Positions 1-13,882 of a stretch of 64,000 bases of DNA are shown one piece after another (position 1 is the first letter of the stretch; each line of letters starts with the position of its first letter). The position numbers and the translations under genes are program-made. The stretch spans positions 50,778,001 to 50,842,000 of the forward strand of contig OZ076421.1 of assembly GCA_964187785.1 (NCBI GenBank), written 5' to 3'. Under the pieces are notes generated by a model, which saw only the letters and a list, made by a program, of their open reading frames with translations, made no database searches and was not told where the DNA came from. The stretch is from Amphiscolops sp. MND2022 (lineage: Eukaryota).

Positions 1-252
1 ACCATATCTCGGAACCCAACGAGATTTGTTCAAGACTTAGCTGAAGCCTTGAGGTTTTCCCGGAAAGATCCATTACCCGAATGGAAACTCTCGCGTTACC
101 ATGTCAATCTGTTGATGTGGCCTGAGTGGTATGGTCAATTCAGAAGCGCTTGACATGTCGCCGCTCAGTGATGAAAAAAACTGACGTATCTGAAAACGTT
201 AGTAACAGGCTAGGCTAAGGCTGTCATTGCCGATGTAGCCTATTGTGGCGCT

Positions 253-1092
253 TTGTACCGAGACGCACTGAGGTCTCTAGAAAGAAAGTTTGGACAACCT
301 CAACCGGTTGTCACCACACATCTGGATAAACTCAGCAATTTTCCACAATTGAAAGTACACAACTCTGATAACATAATCAGTTATTCTCTGGCAATCTCGA
401 GTTCAACCGTTGTATTCAAATCTATGAACTACGAAGCAGATCTCAGAAGTGCATCGCTTCTGAACATGGCCGTCAGTAAGCTACCTCCGCATATGAAAGA
501 CTCCTGGTCTCTTCACGCAGTTCGAAAATTCTTTTCTCAGCCGACTCTTTTGATTTTCAAAGAATTGCTCAGCGTCAAAGCGGAGGCTCATGAACGGGTG
601 CAATCCACCACCGCTCCAAAGCCAACTGCAGATGAATCCAAAACTAAAACGAAAATCTTTGTATCCATAACGGAACCGAAGATAGCATCGAGTCCTTGCC
701 TTGTTTTTAAAGGCAATCATGCCATATGGAATTGCGCAGTCTTAAACAGAAAACGCCTACTCAAAGGGCTCATGTAGCTGCGAGTAATCAACTTTTGTTT
801 TTCCTGTTTGAATGGGAATCACGGTTTCCGAATGTGTGTAAAGCCACGCAAATGTGCTCACAAGGTTTGGAACAGCAGTCATAACATTGTGCTACATGGA
901 GCAGAGCGGGTTTTTCCGCGCAAAACGTCAACAACTACCAGTTCATCCAGGAATACGAAAGAGGCGAATCAAGACGAACAGACTTCTCTATCAACTTGCG
1001 CCGTATCTGTTGCAGATTTGAAAGATCTTTTACCAATTGCACCAGTAGTAATCCAGGTTGGAGATAAAAAAAAGACCGCTAGCGCTGTGTGA
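253..1092 (+). pseudogene. BEL/Pao gag fragments with zinc knuckles
   Basis: ORFs 253-777 and 808-1092; ALRSLERKFGQP motif and Cys/His knuckles. Confidence 0.8.
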
Positions 1093-3180
1093 TACAGCGT
1101 GTAGTCACTCGTGGGTCGACACGAGTCTAGCTGAAAACTTCTCTGTTAATGGAACGCCTGTCAAGATAATTCTTAACGGCATCAACTTCAGCGAGACAGT
1201 TGACACAGAACAAGTTGCCGTTCAGATTACTTCTGATAGTAACCCTGATTTCTCCATTGACTTTTCACCTTATGTCAAGAACGACAGAAGTGTTGGTTCT
1301 GATCGAATTGATATAGCGACTTTGAAGCAAATGTTCCCTCACTTGGAGCCAATTAAACCTATGTTCTACTGGCATTTTGACGTACAAATCATCTTAGGGC
1401 AAGACGCTTTTCGAGCTATTTGACCAATTGAAAACTTCGAAAGTGAAGATCGCAATGCACTGGTCGCAGTTCGGCTCCTAAATGGATGGGTTCTCAGTGG
1501 GCCAGTTCCATCCACATCAACAATGGTGTCAACGTGCTTCCGAGCGAACACAGAAGTTTCTCTTTTGACAGACCAAGTGCGATCATGGTACGGAACTGAA
1601 TTCTTGGGAACCTACATCCAAGACGACACGCGCTCGAAAGCGGATCAGCGACCTGTTAGCATCCTTGAGTCAATAACAAACCACGATGGTGCAAGGTACG
1701 TAGTCGGCATGCTCTGGACGGATGACAGCATTAAATTGCCTGGCAATTGTTACTCAAGTCTGAAACAGTTCAAGTCACTCGAACAGCGTCTGTCGAAAAA
1801 CTTGTCACTGAACAAACCATACTCGAAAACTGTAAGCGATGATCTCGAGAAAGGGTACATCATTGAAGTTAGTAAAAAAACATGACCCAACCTGTCGAAC
1901 ACCAAGAGAGTGGTACTTACCGCATCATCCGATGGTAAACCCCCATAAACCGGGCAAATTGCGTCGGGTTTTCAATTGAGCTTCCAAACTCCACGGTCAT
2001 TCATTGAACAATGCCTCGCTCATCGGACCTGATCTTCTTCAGAACCTACTGCACGTTTTGTTGCGCTTCAGACAACACATTTTGCTCTATCAGCAGACAT
2101 AGGAGGAATGTTCCTTCAGGTTGGTGTACCCGAGGTGGACCAACGATCTCTGCGGTTTTTTAGAGGGGAACCTCAACCGATGTCAGTTTGTCAATACACA
2201 CGGCTTGTTTTCGGAGCAAAAGTTTCGCCGACACGTGCGAACTTCGCATTGTTGAAGACAGCGGTCGAGAACAAAACTGAATATTCAGAGGCTGCTCTCG
2301 TTGTTCAGCAAAACTTTTATATGGACGACCTCCTAATTTCTGTACAGTCGGAAAATGAAGCCTTCAATTTGAGCAAGCTACTTGTTACCATGTTGAAGCT
2401 GGGTGGCTTCAAATTAACTAAATTTGTGAGTAACCCTCACGAGTTTTCTAATGAATTGAACTCAACGAACAATGACGCAGTCGAACCAGTGAAAGACATT
2501 TCTAACGAGTCAATCGACGCTTTCCATGTACGAAACCAATCACGCAGCGGTCTTTGACACTATTGGCCTCATCATACCCTACACGATCAAAGCTCGTCTC
2601 TTGCTGAAGGATATGATATATGCAGGCTCAACGGTCAACGCTGGGATGATCATCTGTCCGATGATATTAGTCACGCCTTTTTGGAATGGTGTAGCGCATT
2701 GCCAAAGCTTGAGCAGTTTTCAATCCAGAGGTCCTACTTCACAGGCATACCAGAGGATATTGAACTACATGTCTTTGGTGACAGCTCTGCAGACGTTTTT
2801 TGCGCTGTTGCTTATCTTCGCGGTAGGATAGCTGGTGCAACACACACAAATGTGAGTTTTGTTTTCGCTAAAGCTCGCGTGGCGCCAATGAAAACGCTTT
2901 TTGTGTCAAAACTTGACTTGCAGGCAGCGCTACTTGCTAAAAGACTTAGTTACCAGGTTAAGCAAACGCTCACACTTAATATGACTCGAACCTTTTTACG
3001 GACCGACAGTACCGTCGTGGTCCAGTGACTAAACTCTTCCAAGAAGCAGCCAACTTTCGTCGCAAAGAGTTGCAGAGTCTTTAGAGAACAGTACAGTTGA
3101 TCAGAGGTTCCATGTATACACTGATAAGAACCCAGCTGACGCGGGCATTCGAGGACTGACAATTGATGCACTGACAGGAA
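1058..3180 (+). pseudogene. BEL/Pao protease, reverse transcriptase and RNase H fragments
   Basis: DTA catalytic-like motif, YLPHHPMVNPHKPGKLRRVF, FGAKVSP, NFYMDDLL, KARVAPMK; broken over several frames. Confidence 0.85.
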
Positions 3181-3631
3181 GCAATAGGCTCCTGGGTCCT
3201 GAGTTCCTCAGAACATTGCAATGGCCTTTCACCCCGAACATCGATATTCTCTTACAGATCAAGCAAAGCAGTGCTAGGACTGATTAACATCAGCTCCCAA
3301 TTGTCGCGAGCGTCTTCTCTAGAAACAAGGAATCGAATGTGATCTCCAACTGGGAGAGGTACAGATCTTTTTCGAAACTTGTACGAATAACCGTGTACAA
3401 TCTGAGATTGCACGTCAATCGCAGGCACAACCGCACCGATGCAATTGACAACCCATTTGAGTTAGAGGAAGCAGAAATGAAACTTTTCTTCGTTTCCCAG
3501 CAGGAAACGTTCTCAAATGAGTTTGACGCGCTTCAGAAGCAGCAGAACTTCTCTAAGTCGAGCCGCATTGTTTCACTATCGCCATTCGTTGTCCAAAGGG
3601 ATTGTTGCGCTGTACATGACATACGAGGCGT

Positions 3632-4445
3632 TTGAATCTGTCCGACTTTGACGCAAAACATCCTATCATTTTGGACGACCGTCACCCCTTAGTGAAACTT
3701 TTTGTTCATCACATGCACGCGATCTTTTGTCACCAAGGTTCCGACTATGTCAGAGCTCAGCTGCAGCAGCGTTTTTTTTCATTTTGCGAATTCGTTCACT
3801 TCTGTGATCTGTGAAGTCGAATTGTTTCGTTTGCCGCAAACGTAAAGCGGAAACATTGCCCCTATGTTTACGGAATTGCCCATTGAACGTTTGGGTTACC
3901 GACTGCGACCCATTTTCTTATTGTGGTGTGGACTCTTTCGGCCCGTTCCACATCGCAGTCCGCCGGTCAACAGAGAAGCGCTGGTGCTTCTTATTCACTT
4001 GTGTAACCACGCGGTCCATACACATTGAAGTAGTGCCATCGTTAGACGCAAGCTCATGTGTCATGGGTATCGATCGATCCATCTTCCGACGCGGAGAACC
4101 GTCGATTATATGCTCCGACAACGGCACCAATTTCGTTGGCACAGACAAAGAGTTTCTCGTTTGCCTCGAGAACTGGAATAAAAAAGCACCCTCCTTCTTG
4201 CTCTCAGGAAGGTTAAATGGATGTTTAATCCTGCTGGTGCTCCCCACCACGGGGGATCATGGGAGTGAATGGTGCGTAGTTGCAAACAGGTTCTCTATGT
4301 AATACTCGGCTGTCGCAGGTTGACTGATGAAGTTTCCCTTTACCTCGCCGAACAATTCCTAAATGCGCGACCTTTAACATCCGTTAGTAACGACCCGACG
4401 GAAAATGAAGCCCTTACACCGCACCACTTCTTGTTGGGTGGATAT
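3632..4445 (+). pseudogene. BEL/Pao integrase
   Basis: HHCC remnants (HHMHAIFCH, CFVCRKR), GVDSFGP, SDNGTNFVG, NARPLT, PHHFLLG. Confidence 0.85.
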
Positions 4446-7400
4446 TGTTCTTCAAGAAAGTTTAAAAGGGATTAGCGCAGGGGATGAAGGAGATAGAGGA
4501 TAAGATGAATATGTGCAATCATTTTGTGGTAAATGCGAGCATCGGAGGGGATAGCACTGGAGGCAATTATGGCACTTATTGGGGGGACTTTGGATACGTA
4601 GTTGCAAACATTGAGGAGCAGAGATTTTGTATTTTGTTTGTTTTGAGGGGGGTTTCAAAAGATTTATAAAAGTATCTACATTATTGATATTTTTATTAGG
4701 TTCAATAGCTTTTTCAGAGCTTGTTTAGAGAAGGTGATCGATATACTGTTAATGAAGTCTTAATGCGTTGTTAAACTGATTTGGTTTCTGTTTTTCTATA
4801 TTCTATGTGAAATATTCCTTTTGTCGGGATGGAAGCTTCATGTGGGGGCAGCTGTGGACGTTTTGGATAGCGGGGCTTTCGTTGTAGCAAATCACGAGTT
4901 AGTTGACGAACTGCGGTGAAATGTTGTAAAGGGTTCGAAGTAGCAACACCATCTTGAGGTAAAAGTAGAAGAAGCGCAGAAGCTGAAGCCTGGGTGGCAC
5001 TGGGCAGCAGTGACGAGATGGGTGGCAGTGGCGATGATGAAGATACCGTATTTGCAGAGACAGTGGAAATGACAGTGGATGTGGGCACAGTGAATATGGA
5101 CGAAGGTGGAGCAACAGGCGCTGACAGAAGAAAGTCCGTCCAACATTTGGTTGAGATGGGGGTACGCCAGCGTGGAGGAAGAATTAGGAGTTGAAGATGA
5201 GGGAGATGTCAACATTAGAAGATGAAGAGTATGTGTGATATCTGGAACGAACTTTTGATTAATGTTTCTGTAGATGTATATTACTTTGTTGAGTGTCAGT
5301 TTAAAGTGTGTTTGTGTCGTGTTGTGATTAAGTTCATTGGTAGGAGACAAAGAGGTTAAGAAGATGGAAAAAATCTTAGATAATTTCAAAAACAGGCTCC
5401 GAAATTGAAAGTTTTAATGAAGTGGCCTCAAGATTTTAACGATAGTTATCTTGGGAAGATACTACGACTATTTTAATTTAAAGTTGAAGAGAAAAATTGA
5501 ACGTTTCCATCGTAGTGGTCTTAGGAAGACTATTGACATACTAGTATACATCCCGAATGCTCGAAGACAACAAGTGAACCTGAGAAAGGTACTAGTGAAA
5601 GTGAAACAAGTTAAGGAGAGTATATGGAAAATGTTTTTTGATGAATTGAAACAATCATATTCTGATAGGAAGAGGTTAACGATATACGGACTTTGTTTTT
5701 TTTGAACCGTGAACACGTGAAGTCTTTGGTGAAAATGTGTTAAATTTAAAATAGAGAGGGTTTGAACGGAAGATGTGAGATTAAAAATGTCAAACTCTGA
5801 AAGTGCACCATGTATTTGTCGAGATGTCAAGTAAACTTGCCAATTAAACAATAGGAGAATTGATAATATTGTTGAAAATTGGAAAGGTCAATGAAACAGT
5901 AATTAATGGTACGGGAGAAGCTGCCAAAATGCGGAGAAAAGAGAAATTTTAAAAACGTTTTTCTGAAGCAGTTTTTGTGGAGAATTCTTGAGAAGATTTT
6001 TTTTGTTTTTTCATCTGAGGGGTAAAAACGTGTAAAATGATATTTGGATATGAGTGAAGTTTCAAAGAAGGAGGAATGAAGGTGAGCGAGAGTTTCAAGA
6101 AGGTTTTTTTGAGAAAATTGTTAACATGAATTGTAGATAAAGTCAGAGTTTGAATATCACTGCTGTGGAGCTGGAGAAGATTACGGTACGTGTCAAAAAT
6201 GTGATTGTGAATGACAAAGGGATCAGTGGTAGGAAACAGTTAAACATGTGTGCGGAGAAGATTTGGAATTTCAGTGATGAAATCGTCGGTTGGACAAGAA
6301 AAGGAGTTGATGCAAACAATAGGATTGACAGTTTGTAATACATATGAAGAAGGAGGATGTTGAATCAATCTTGGAGGTACTGTTGCAATTTCAAAATTTA
6401 TAAATAGAAGGACAAGTTTAGCAAAGACCTTTGTTTATTTCATCAGGAGTTTTAGTGGTGGCTGGAAAATTTTTGTTTCGTTTGTTTTTTCAAACTTAAA
6501 GAGAGTTTGGCGATTCTGAAGTTTAATCGTGCAATGGATTAGTTTTAATGTACAAACGAGGTATAAAGAGAGCGAGAGTGGTCATCAAGTAGTGCTTCGT
6601 CTATTTACTTCATTTTCGGGACGAAGTTTGCAACACTACGGGGAACATGCATGGGTAGTAAGAAATCATCAATTAGGTTGAGGACTTCTTGAGAAACAAA
6701 AAACAAAAAGAGGACGGGTAGGGTCGTGGTATGGAGCGAGGATATAGTTTTGTTTGACCAGGTTTTTTTACGAATTATGCCCACGGTGTAGAGGTGGCCT
6801 AAGGAGTAGTGAGAATGGTAGGAGAAGGTAGAGTGAATTTGTGGTTTTGGAAAAAAAATTTTGTGGAAGTTTTTGTTCTAGAAAGAGTTGGTAGGTTTGG
6901 TTGAGGAGTTTTTTAACAGAAGGAGCAGTAATAATATCATTGGGGTTAGTGTTAAGATGTTGAGTTGGTTTTAAAAAGTTGAATTGAAATTGGAAAAAGC
7001 GTATTAGTTTATTTTGCCAAAAAGAGTTCAAAGATTTTGGAGCTGTAGGCATCATATTGACTGAAGTTACGATCTTGCGGAAATCTGAATTTATACGTGG
7101 TAGGAGTCTCATACTACTGAACCACGTATTTTTCCTTCTCTTCCTTATACTGAGAAGTTGGTTGTACATTATAGAGAGAGGAGTCTGTAGTCTTTGTTGT
7201 AGTATCTGTCATTCAGACATGATGTAAGGAAAAAGAAGGAAGAGAAGGTGTTTCTTCAGTGCATTGTAGAGCATAATTTGCGTGTGGTGCACGTTCAGTA
7301 GAATCTGGATGGTATGTATGAGCAACGTTAAATACTAAAGAGTGAAAAACGTTAACTTGATAAATTGTAGGTTTTTTCTTTGTAAGTGGAATTTCTATAC

Positions 7401-9686
7401 AGCCAATACGTTCAGTAGGTAAAGTAGCAAAATGGTTGGTAGATATTTGTATAATTGTTGCACAAGTGTCAGGTTCATTCTGAGCGAAGACTTCAGTGAA
7501 GTTAACTGTTGTACGAAATTTAGTAAAGAAATCAGTATGTGGAATTGTAGGAAAAACTGATTTTGTGGTGTAGCTATGAAGTGAAAGTTATAGTATTTTT
7601 TTGGGAAGTGTGAAATTTTCGAGGAGTTGGGTTTTGAACGGATTTGTAGTCTAGAGTTAAATATATTTATATGTATGAGTTGTCTTTAGATGAGAGTTAT
7701 GTGACTTTGATAAAGTTTGGGAGTACAATTAAATAATGTTTAAACTGTGAAGTAAAGTCTTGGATGTGAATGTTTTGTATATATTCTTCGAAAAATGATG
7801 TGCCAAGAACATAAGAACTTTGTATTTTATATCGGCTACGGAAGTACTGCAAAGGAAGTGTAAATTGTCTAAAATCATCTTTGATAGTTGTGTTCATTTT
7901 GAGAGTAACATGATGTAAAATAGGGACGTCTGTTTGGTTTGCTACGGTTAAAGTTTGCCACGAGTCAAAATATCATTTCGTGTTATATTGAAAAATTCTG
8001 CAATAGTGATGTAAGTGGGATCTTTCATCACAGAATTGGATGCACCACTGTTTGGAAAATAAAATTTCCGATCATGACGGGAAATCACGTTGACTTTGAA
8101 CAAGGGGAGTGTGACAGTATAATGAGTAGATACAACTTGTTGGTGTTAGAGCATTTGCCATTTCAGTGGGGTGATACAAATGTACTTCAGAGTTGATAGG
8201 ATCATTTGAAGTTTGTGGTTGAATGGTGTTAAGTTTGTTTCTTGTGTTTGAGTGTGATCTAGTACCTAGAATTTCTTCGTCTTGAAGGTGGTCTAATTGA
8301 GGATGTAAACCTGGAGAAAATGTGATGTCTATAATACAAGCGAGATCTATATCTGTGACGAGAATCATGTCTATGCGAAGAGCGATACAAGGATCGACAA
8401 GGAGAACGGTAAGATCTAGAATCTTTTGTATAATTGTCATTTTGTGTACGAGTATATGTGGAGGATTTGTACTTTTGTCATAGACAATACGACCTCTAGA
8501 TGTAGAACGTGATGTTCTTCGACTTCGATATCGAGTACCATGTCTTGTTCTGTCTTTGGAAGGAGAACGAAAGTACCGTACAAATGACTTTTGAAGGGAT
8601 TTCATTTGTGCGTATGCTTCTCGTTTATCTTCATCAACTCTTTGTCTTTGTTTCTTGAAACAAACTGAGATGGAGTGTTTTGTTCTGTGACAGTAAGGGC
8701 AGTCTTTTTAAATGCAGGTTTTGTTTTGTTTTGACGGTCTCGGTGTTGTGTAAACATAAGTTGACCGTTTCGGGAAGAATCGAGTGTTTGTGTTTGGAAT
8801 TGTTTCGTAATATTAGCTACTTCAGGAGTAAGATCATGTGTACGTAATTTGTCATTAGCTATATCTTCAAGGTCAACGAGTTTTACTAATGTACGATAGT
8901 GAATTGAAGGTTCTAAAACAGTAGAAATGTTTCACTTGTCCGTTAATAGCAAACTCTTAGAGATTTTTCAGGAATTCCTTTTGTAAAGATTTCATTAAAC
9001 TTCAAGTTTGTTGTTGATGCGTTTTCAATGCACCAGCTTTTTTCTGTTGTTGAACCTTGAGAGCAAAAAAAACAACTGTTTACCTACTGTTTTGTTGTCC
9101 TTTTTGACAAGGTTAACTCCAACTTGAGCGTAATAAACTTTTTTGAGATGAAAATTGTTTTTTAAATGCTTGTAAAAAAAAGAGGCCAATCTTGTTTCAA
9201 TGTATCATACAAACGAATGTACCAGTTGAGGGCTGTACCACATAAAAAAACATTGTATAATTTCCAATCGTCGACCGTGCCAAAATTTATATTCATGGTC
9301 AGATGTAGGTTGTAAACCCAGTGAGAGTGTTACACGTGCCTCAATATGTTGAAGATATTCTTCTGGTGTGTAATTTTGATCTAAACCATCCAAGTGTTTA
9401 ATTGGTTCAGAACTAGATGCGGACGAATTACTATATGTTGGGTTTGATAATGTTGAAGAGCGTATTGTCGCAGGTGGTTTTGTATGATATTTAGCTATAT
9501 TGGAAGGGTTCGGAGGTATATTTTGTACAGTTGTACATGGTGTAAATGGTTGAGTAGATGTAGTGTTAATGTGAGAGTTTGTTCTGATATCAGTTGAAGG
9601 AAAACTTGATGTATGAAAATGTGAATTTCGAAATGTATGGACTGTATGATTAGAAGAGTGTGATGTTGAAAATGAATTCATTTTTA

Positions 9687-10613
9687 GGAGTCTGAAAGAA
9701 GTTTCGTCTACTTATGCAATCGTGCTTGTTTTTTTCTCCCGACCTTTTCATCAAAAAACTTCAAATATCTCAAAAACTGTCCATACGATTTTCACGAAAC
9801 TTTGCACAGTCATTTTACATCCAAAAGAGCCCCTGCGTGCGCAAAGGCATTAAAATTGTATGACTGGAATGTGAGAAACATGGCCAAAACTAGCCCAAAG
9901 TGGCCAAAACCAGCCTAAAACAGCCATTTTTCGACTTTTTTCCCAATTTTCTCAAAAACTGTCCATATGATTCGAACGATATTTTTCTACAGTCTTTTTT
10001 CATCATAACAGAATCCTATATGTGCGATGGTATCAAAATTGTATGGCTGGGATGTGAGAAACATAGCTAAAATTAGCCAAAAAAAGGCCAGAAACTTTCG
10101 ACTTTTTCAATTTCCTCAAAAACTGTCCATACAATTGGAACAAAATTTTCTACAGTTATTCTACGCAATATTAGAGTCCTATTTGTGCAATGGCATCAAA
10201 ATCGTATGGCTGGGATGTGGGAAACATAGCCAAAAACAGCCCAATATTGGCTACAAAACAGTCATTTTTCGATTTTTTTCGATTTTCGCAAAAACTGTCC
10301 ATACGATTCGAACGAAATTTTGTACCGTCCTTCTACACCATGGAGTTGTCCTTTGTGTGTAATTTCATCAAATTCGTATTGCTAGGATGTGTGAAACATA
10401 GCCTAAATTAACCCAAAAATCCCACAAAACAGTCATTTTTCAACTTTTGCTAAAACTGTTCATACGATTCGAACGAAAATTTCTATGGTCCTTTTCTACA
10501 TCATAGTATGGTCCTATGTGTGCAATTCCATTAAATTGGCATGACTGGGATTGGAGCGAGTCAGAAGAAAAAAGACCTAAGCCGACTCCTTTACCGCATA
10601 TGCAGCTCTGGTT
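9687..10613 (+). mobile_element. DINE-1/HINE-like non-autonomous element, family 2, inserted in gag of element A
   Basis: Starts after a T-run with GGAGTC(T/G)G plus hairpin; ~5 internal ~150-190 bp subrepeats (AAAACTGTCCATACGATT...GTGAGAAACATAGC); 3' CCGACTCC then CCGCATATGC(A/G)G hairpin; homologous to 42667-43265. Confidence 0.65.
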
Positions 10614-12973
10614 TTGGTAGTCTTATGAGGGTTGTAGTTGGAAAATTGTGGTGTATAATTCGGATTTGTACTTCTTAGACTATATGAAAGTGGATTTGTA
10701 GGAATTATTTTGTAATGGAGGTCGAGATAAGTTTCTAGAAGTAGTATAGTAAGATAAAGTTTTGGTATGAATAGGGTATTTATTGTTAGAATAGGGTGAG
10801 TATTTCGTGAATGAGAGGTTTGGCAGTAGTATATAGTTAAGTTTAGTGAGGTGGTTGTCTTGTTGTAGTGTTTGTCTGAACTTGAATTTCTGGTGGTCTT
10901 TGTTTTGTATTTGTGACAGCTGCATTTGAGGAACCTTCTCGAGGAGGATTATGTGGAGTAGTATGTGTAGAATATTGTGGTGGAACGCGTGGTGGCTTTT
11001 TTCCGGGTGACGTTTGTTGAACTGGAAGTGGTTGTGTAATATTTGTTTTCGATGTCGATATGGTAGATGTATCATCTTGGTTTTGATTGTTATGTTCCTG
11101 TTCGCTTTTTGACTAACATGTATGTCTTATAAATTGGCGCCTGTTGTGAATAATGAACTAGGTTAGTTATTTGTAGTTACGTCTGAAGGATCAGGTAAAT
11201 ATTGGATTGTAATTGTATTTAGTTGTTCATGTTTGCTAGTATCATGTTGTCTTATTGGTTGTTCCTGAGGAGCATCTTCATATTGTTTTTCTTGCGGTGT
11301 TTCTTCTTGATCTTGAATTGGGTCTCCATATTGATCATTGAGATTTTGTTGCAATATTTCTGCGTTACCTTCATCAAATGATGTTTCAGAGATAACCTTA
11401 GAAGATGTATATGGTATATTATCAGTTGTTTCAGGTTGTTCTGTAATAAAATGTTCGTCTAAATTCATTTGTTCAAAATCAGATGTAGGAAATGTTGTAA
11501 GGTCTTTATAAAAACGATGTTTGTTTTGGTATTTTTTGATAAATGGTAAAAGTTCTACTTCCGTCAGTACTTGTGGGAAGTGATTGTATGCAGTTTGATC
11601 TTGTTGTTCCCATATTAACTGATAGTTGAATCTGAAAAATTTCAAAAAAAAGTGTGAAACGACTTTGATTGGTGGAATCGTAACTTCATTGATAATAATG
11701 TTGTGAAAGAATTTGTATTGAAATAGTTTGATTTGTAATATATCTTGTTGTAACCAATAGTGAAGGTTGTTATATCGTGTTATTTTTGTTTCAAGATCTG
11801 GTACTTCAAAATACTCATTCTTTTTCTTTACGCTTTCTAAAAAACAGGGACGATAAAAAGGGGATTCCGAGTTTTAATTGTGTTCTATCAGTATGTCCAT
11901 ATAAGTAATGAAAACATGAAAATAGAGAGTGTTTAATTTTGTGGGTAAATTGTTCTCTAGAGAGGTCTCGGATTTACATTGGAAGGTGATCAAAAATGAT
12001 TTGAAAAGGTGTTTGTGATTGCGTTATATCTAATGTTTTGTATGGAAAGTAATGTAAAAAGTCAGCATGTTCTCTAAGTATGGGTATAGTTTTTATAGGG
12101 CGTGGTTCTGTTTCAAATGGAAGTGGGTTTGTATATTGAAAACTCATATTATGTAAGTACGTTATGACATGGTGTAAAAAACGTATTTGTCTTTGTTGAG
12201 AGTATAGTATAGTACAAATGGTGTTGGAAGCATTTTATTTGGTATCAAAAAGTATGTTCAATCTGAGGGTTGGTAAATTAGAAGAGAAGACTTTCCATAG
12301 GGGATACACGTATTGAAAAAAAATGTGTGTTATAAGGAGTATTATATGGGAAATTTTGATAAACAAAGACACTTTGAAGAAATAGTAAAAATACAAACAG
12401 GGAAAAAGTCGAAAATTGTTAGATATTAATGAAATGAGAGTAGAGATAAATTGATAGAAACCAAGGAGTCCAAAAAGAGGTAGCATTACACTTGTGATCA
12501 AAAGGATTTTGTCGAAAAAATAAAATTTAGGTACAAAAGAAACCAAATGTCTATTAAAGAAAAGAGCAAGACAAGCAAGTAGTCCTAGAGAGAACCTGAG
12601 ACAAATTAAAAAATCCTACAATATCATCAGCTGTAGGCATCTTTAGAATTGGACAAGTAATGTAGTATGATGTTTTGTTTTTTCAATAAAGGTTGTAACA
12701 AATTGTGAAAAATAGTATAGTTTTTTATCGAATGTATTATAATATGTATTGTTTTGTATGTAAAACATTTATAATGATGTATCTATATCCCGTGGCACTG
12801 TTTTGAAAAAACGAAAAATATGATAGGTGAAAAAGTATGAGAAGAAAATTTGCAAAAAAAATTGAAAGACAAAGTTTTTGTACAAAAGGTGTGCCAACAC
12901 TAAAAAAGTTGAGCCAAGCAGCTAGAACCGGAGTCTCAACTAGCAGCAGTCGTTGGATAGCACTGTAGAGAAA

Positions 12974-13280
12974 CCAACACGTATTGCACGTCTGCGGTTG
13001 AAACGTTAAAACAAAAACCAACACGAATCCCTGCGGTAGTGGTTGGAATGGAGAAAAAAAATTTACCATCACATATCACTGTTAAAGTCGTTGAATTGAA
13101 AATACTCGAGCCAACACGAATCATATTTGTTGTGGTTGGAACAAAGAAGATTTGACCAACACGTATCACTTTGATAGTGGTTGGAACGGAAAGGAAGAAT
13201 AACTGACAAGAAGTATGTAAGATACGTAGTCAGAAGCATACCAACACGATTCAATTTTCAAGGAAAATTTATTGGAACAT
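12974..13280 (-). repeat. Leader array of six ~45-bp stem-loop repeats (element A)
   Basis: Units CCAACACG(T/A)AT...GTTGGAA with self-complementary ends. Confidence 0.8.
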
Positions 13281-13416
13281 TGAATTATTAGCGATAGATG
13301 TTGAAAAAAGTAGCAGATACTGTGTGTCGAACAAAGAGATAGCGTATAAAGAAGCTGAGAAAAGATGTACAGGAGGAGTGAATTTGTGTAACACGAGGAA
13401 AAGAAAAGATGACTTT

Positions 13417-13429
13417 CGTGGTTGCTCCA
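13417..13429 (-). promoter_or_regulatory. Primer-binding site candidate (TGGAGCAACCACG)
   Basis: TGG-starting motif 2 nt inside the LTR end; equivalent motifs at 26757-26769 and 40457-40469. Confidence 0.6.
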
Positions 13430-13431
13430 AA

Positions 13432-13882
13432 TATTCTGCTCAACATTGTTAGGATTTTATCTTTAGGTCTTTTATATGGTACCTAAGAAGTTTCTAAGTT
13501 TCAAGCGAAACCGTTCTAAGTATTTAGCTTATTTTTAATTTCACAAGTTCTCTTAGTACTGATTTCTCAGATTATTCTTCTTTCGCTTCTTAGATGAGAA
13601 GTCGTCTGGATTACAAGAATCAAGTTATTCTTCTGAATATGAAGTTACAGTGATTACTTCAGTGATAACATATCTTATAGATTAGATTATATCTCTTTCA
13701 AACGTTCGCAGGAAGTTTACTTCTAAAATGAAATTATAACGAGATAATAAGTAAATGTCAGCATCTTATTTCTAAAGTAATTATTTCTGAATGAAGTGAC
13801 ATCTGTCAAGTTATTAGGTCAAAGAGTTCAGGTATATTTCGAGATTATGAAAGTACTTGAGGACATGCATCATGGCATCCCA
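13432..13882 (-). repeat. 5' LTR of element A (diverged)
   Basis: Shares GAAGTGACATCTGTCAAGTTATTAGGTCAAAG and the GGACATGCATCATGGCATC end with the LTRs at 26772-27264 and 40472-40928. Confidence 0.75.

Larger units (their letters stand above)
1..4445 (+). mobile_element. BEL/Pao LTR retrotransposon internal region, degenerate (many stops/frameshifts), truncated at the 3' end
   Basis: Ordered gag-PR-RT-RH-INT fragments: Cys/His knuckles (CLVFKGNHAIWNC, CFSCLNGNHGFRMC), ALCDTACSHS protease, YMDD, HVFGDSSADVFCAVAYLR, GVDSFGP, SDNGTNFVG, LTPHHFLLG. Confidence 0.93.
4450..13882 (-). mobile_element. Ty3/gypsy-like element A, degenerate: 5' LTR, PBS, leader, hydrophobic 5' ORF, gag, protease-like region, no RT/RH/INT, unidentified 3' coding relic
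   Basis: LTR and leader homologous to 40472-40928 and 39900-40470; gag-like IKHLDGLDQNYTPEEYLQHIEARV (9205-9681); protease-like VLGTSFF (7697-7897); DTCATIIQISTNHFATLP (~7390-7480) matches the pre-RT segment of element B. Confidence 0.75.

Noticed and set aside
4445-4460. Shared end CCCTTTTAAAC of element A and its paralogue at 17891 as a true terminus
   Set aside because: Truncation of one copy explains it equally well; there is no terminal structure or TSD.
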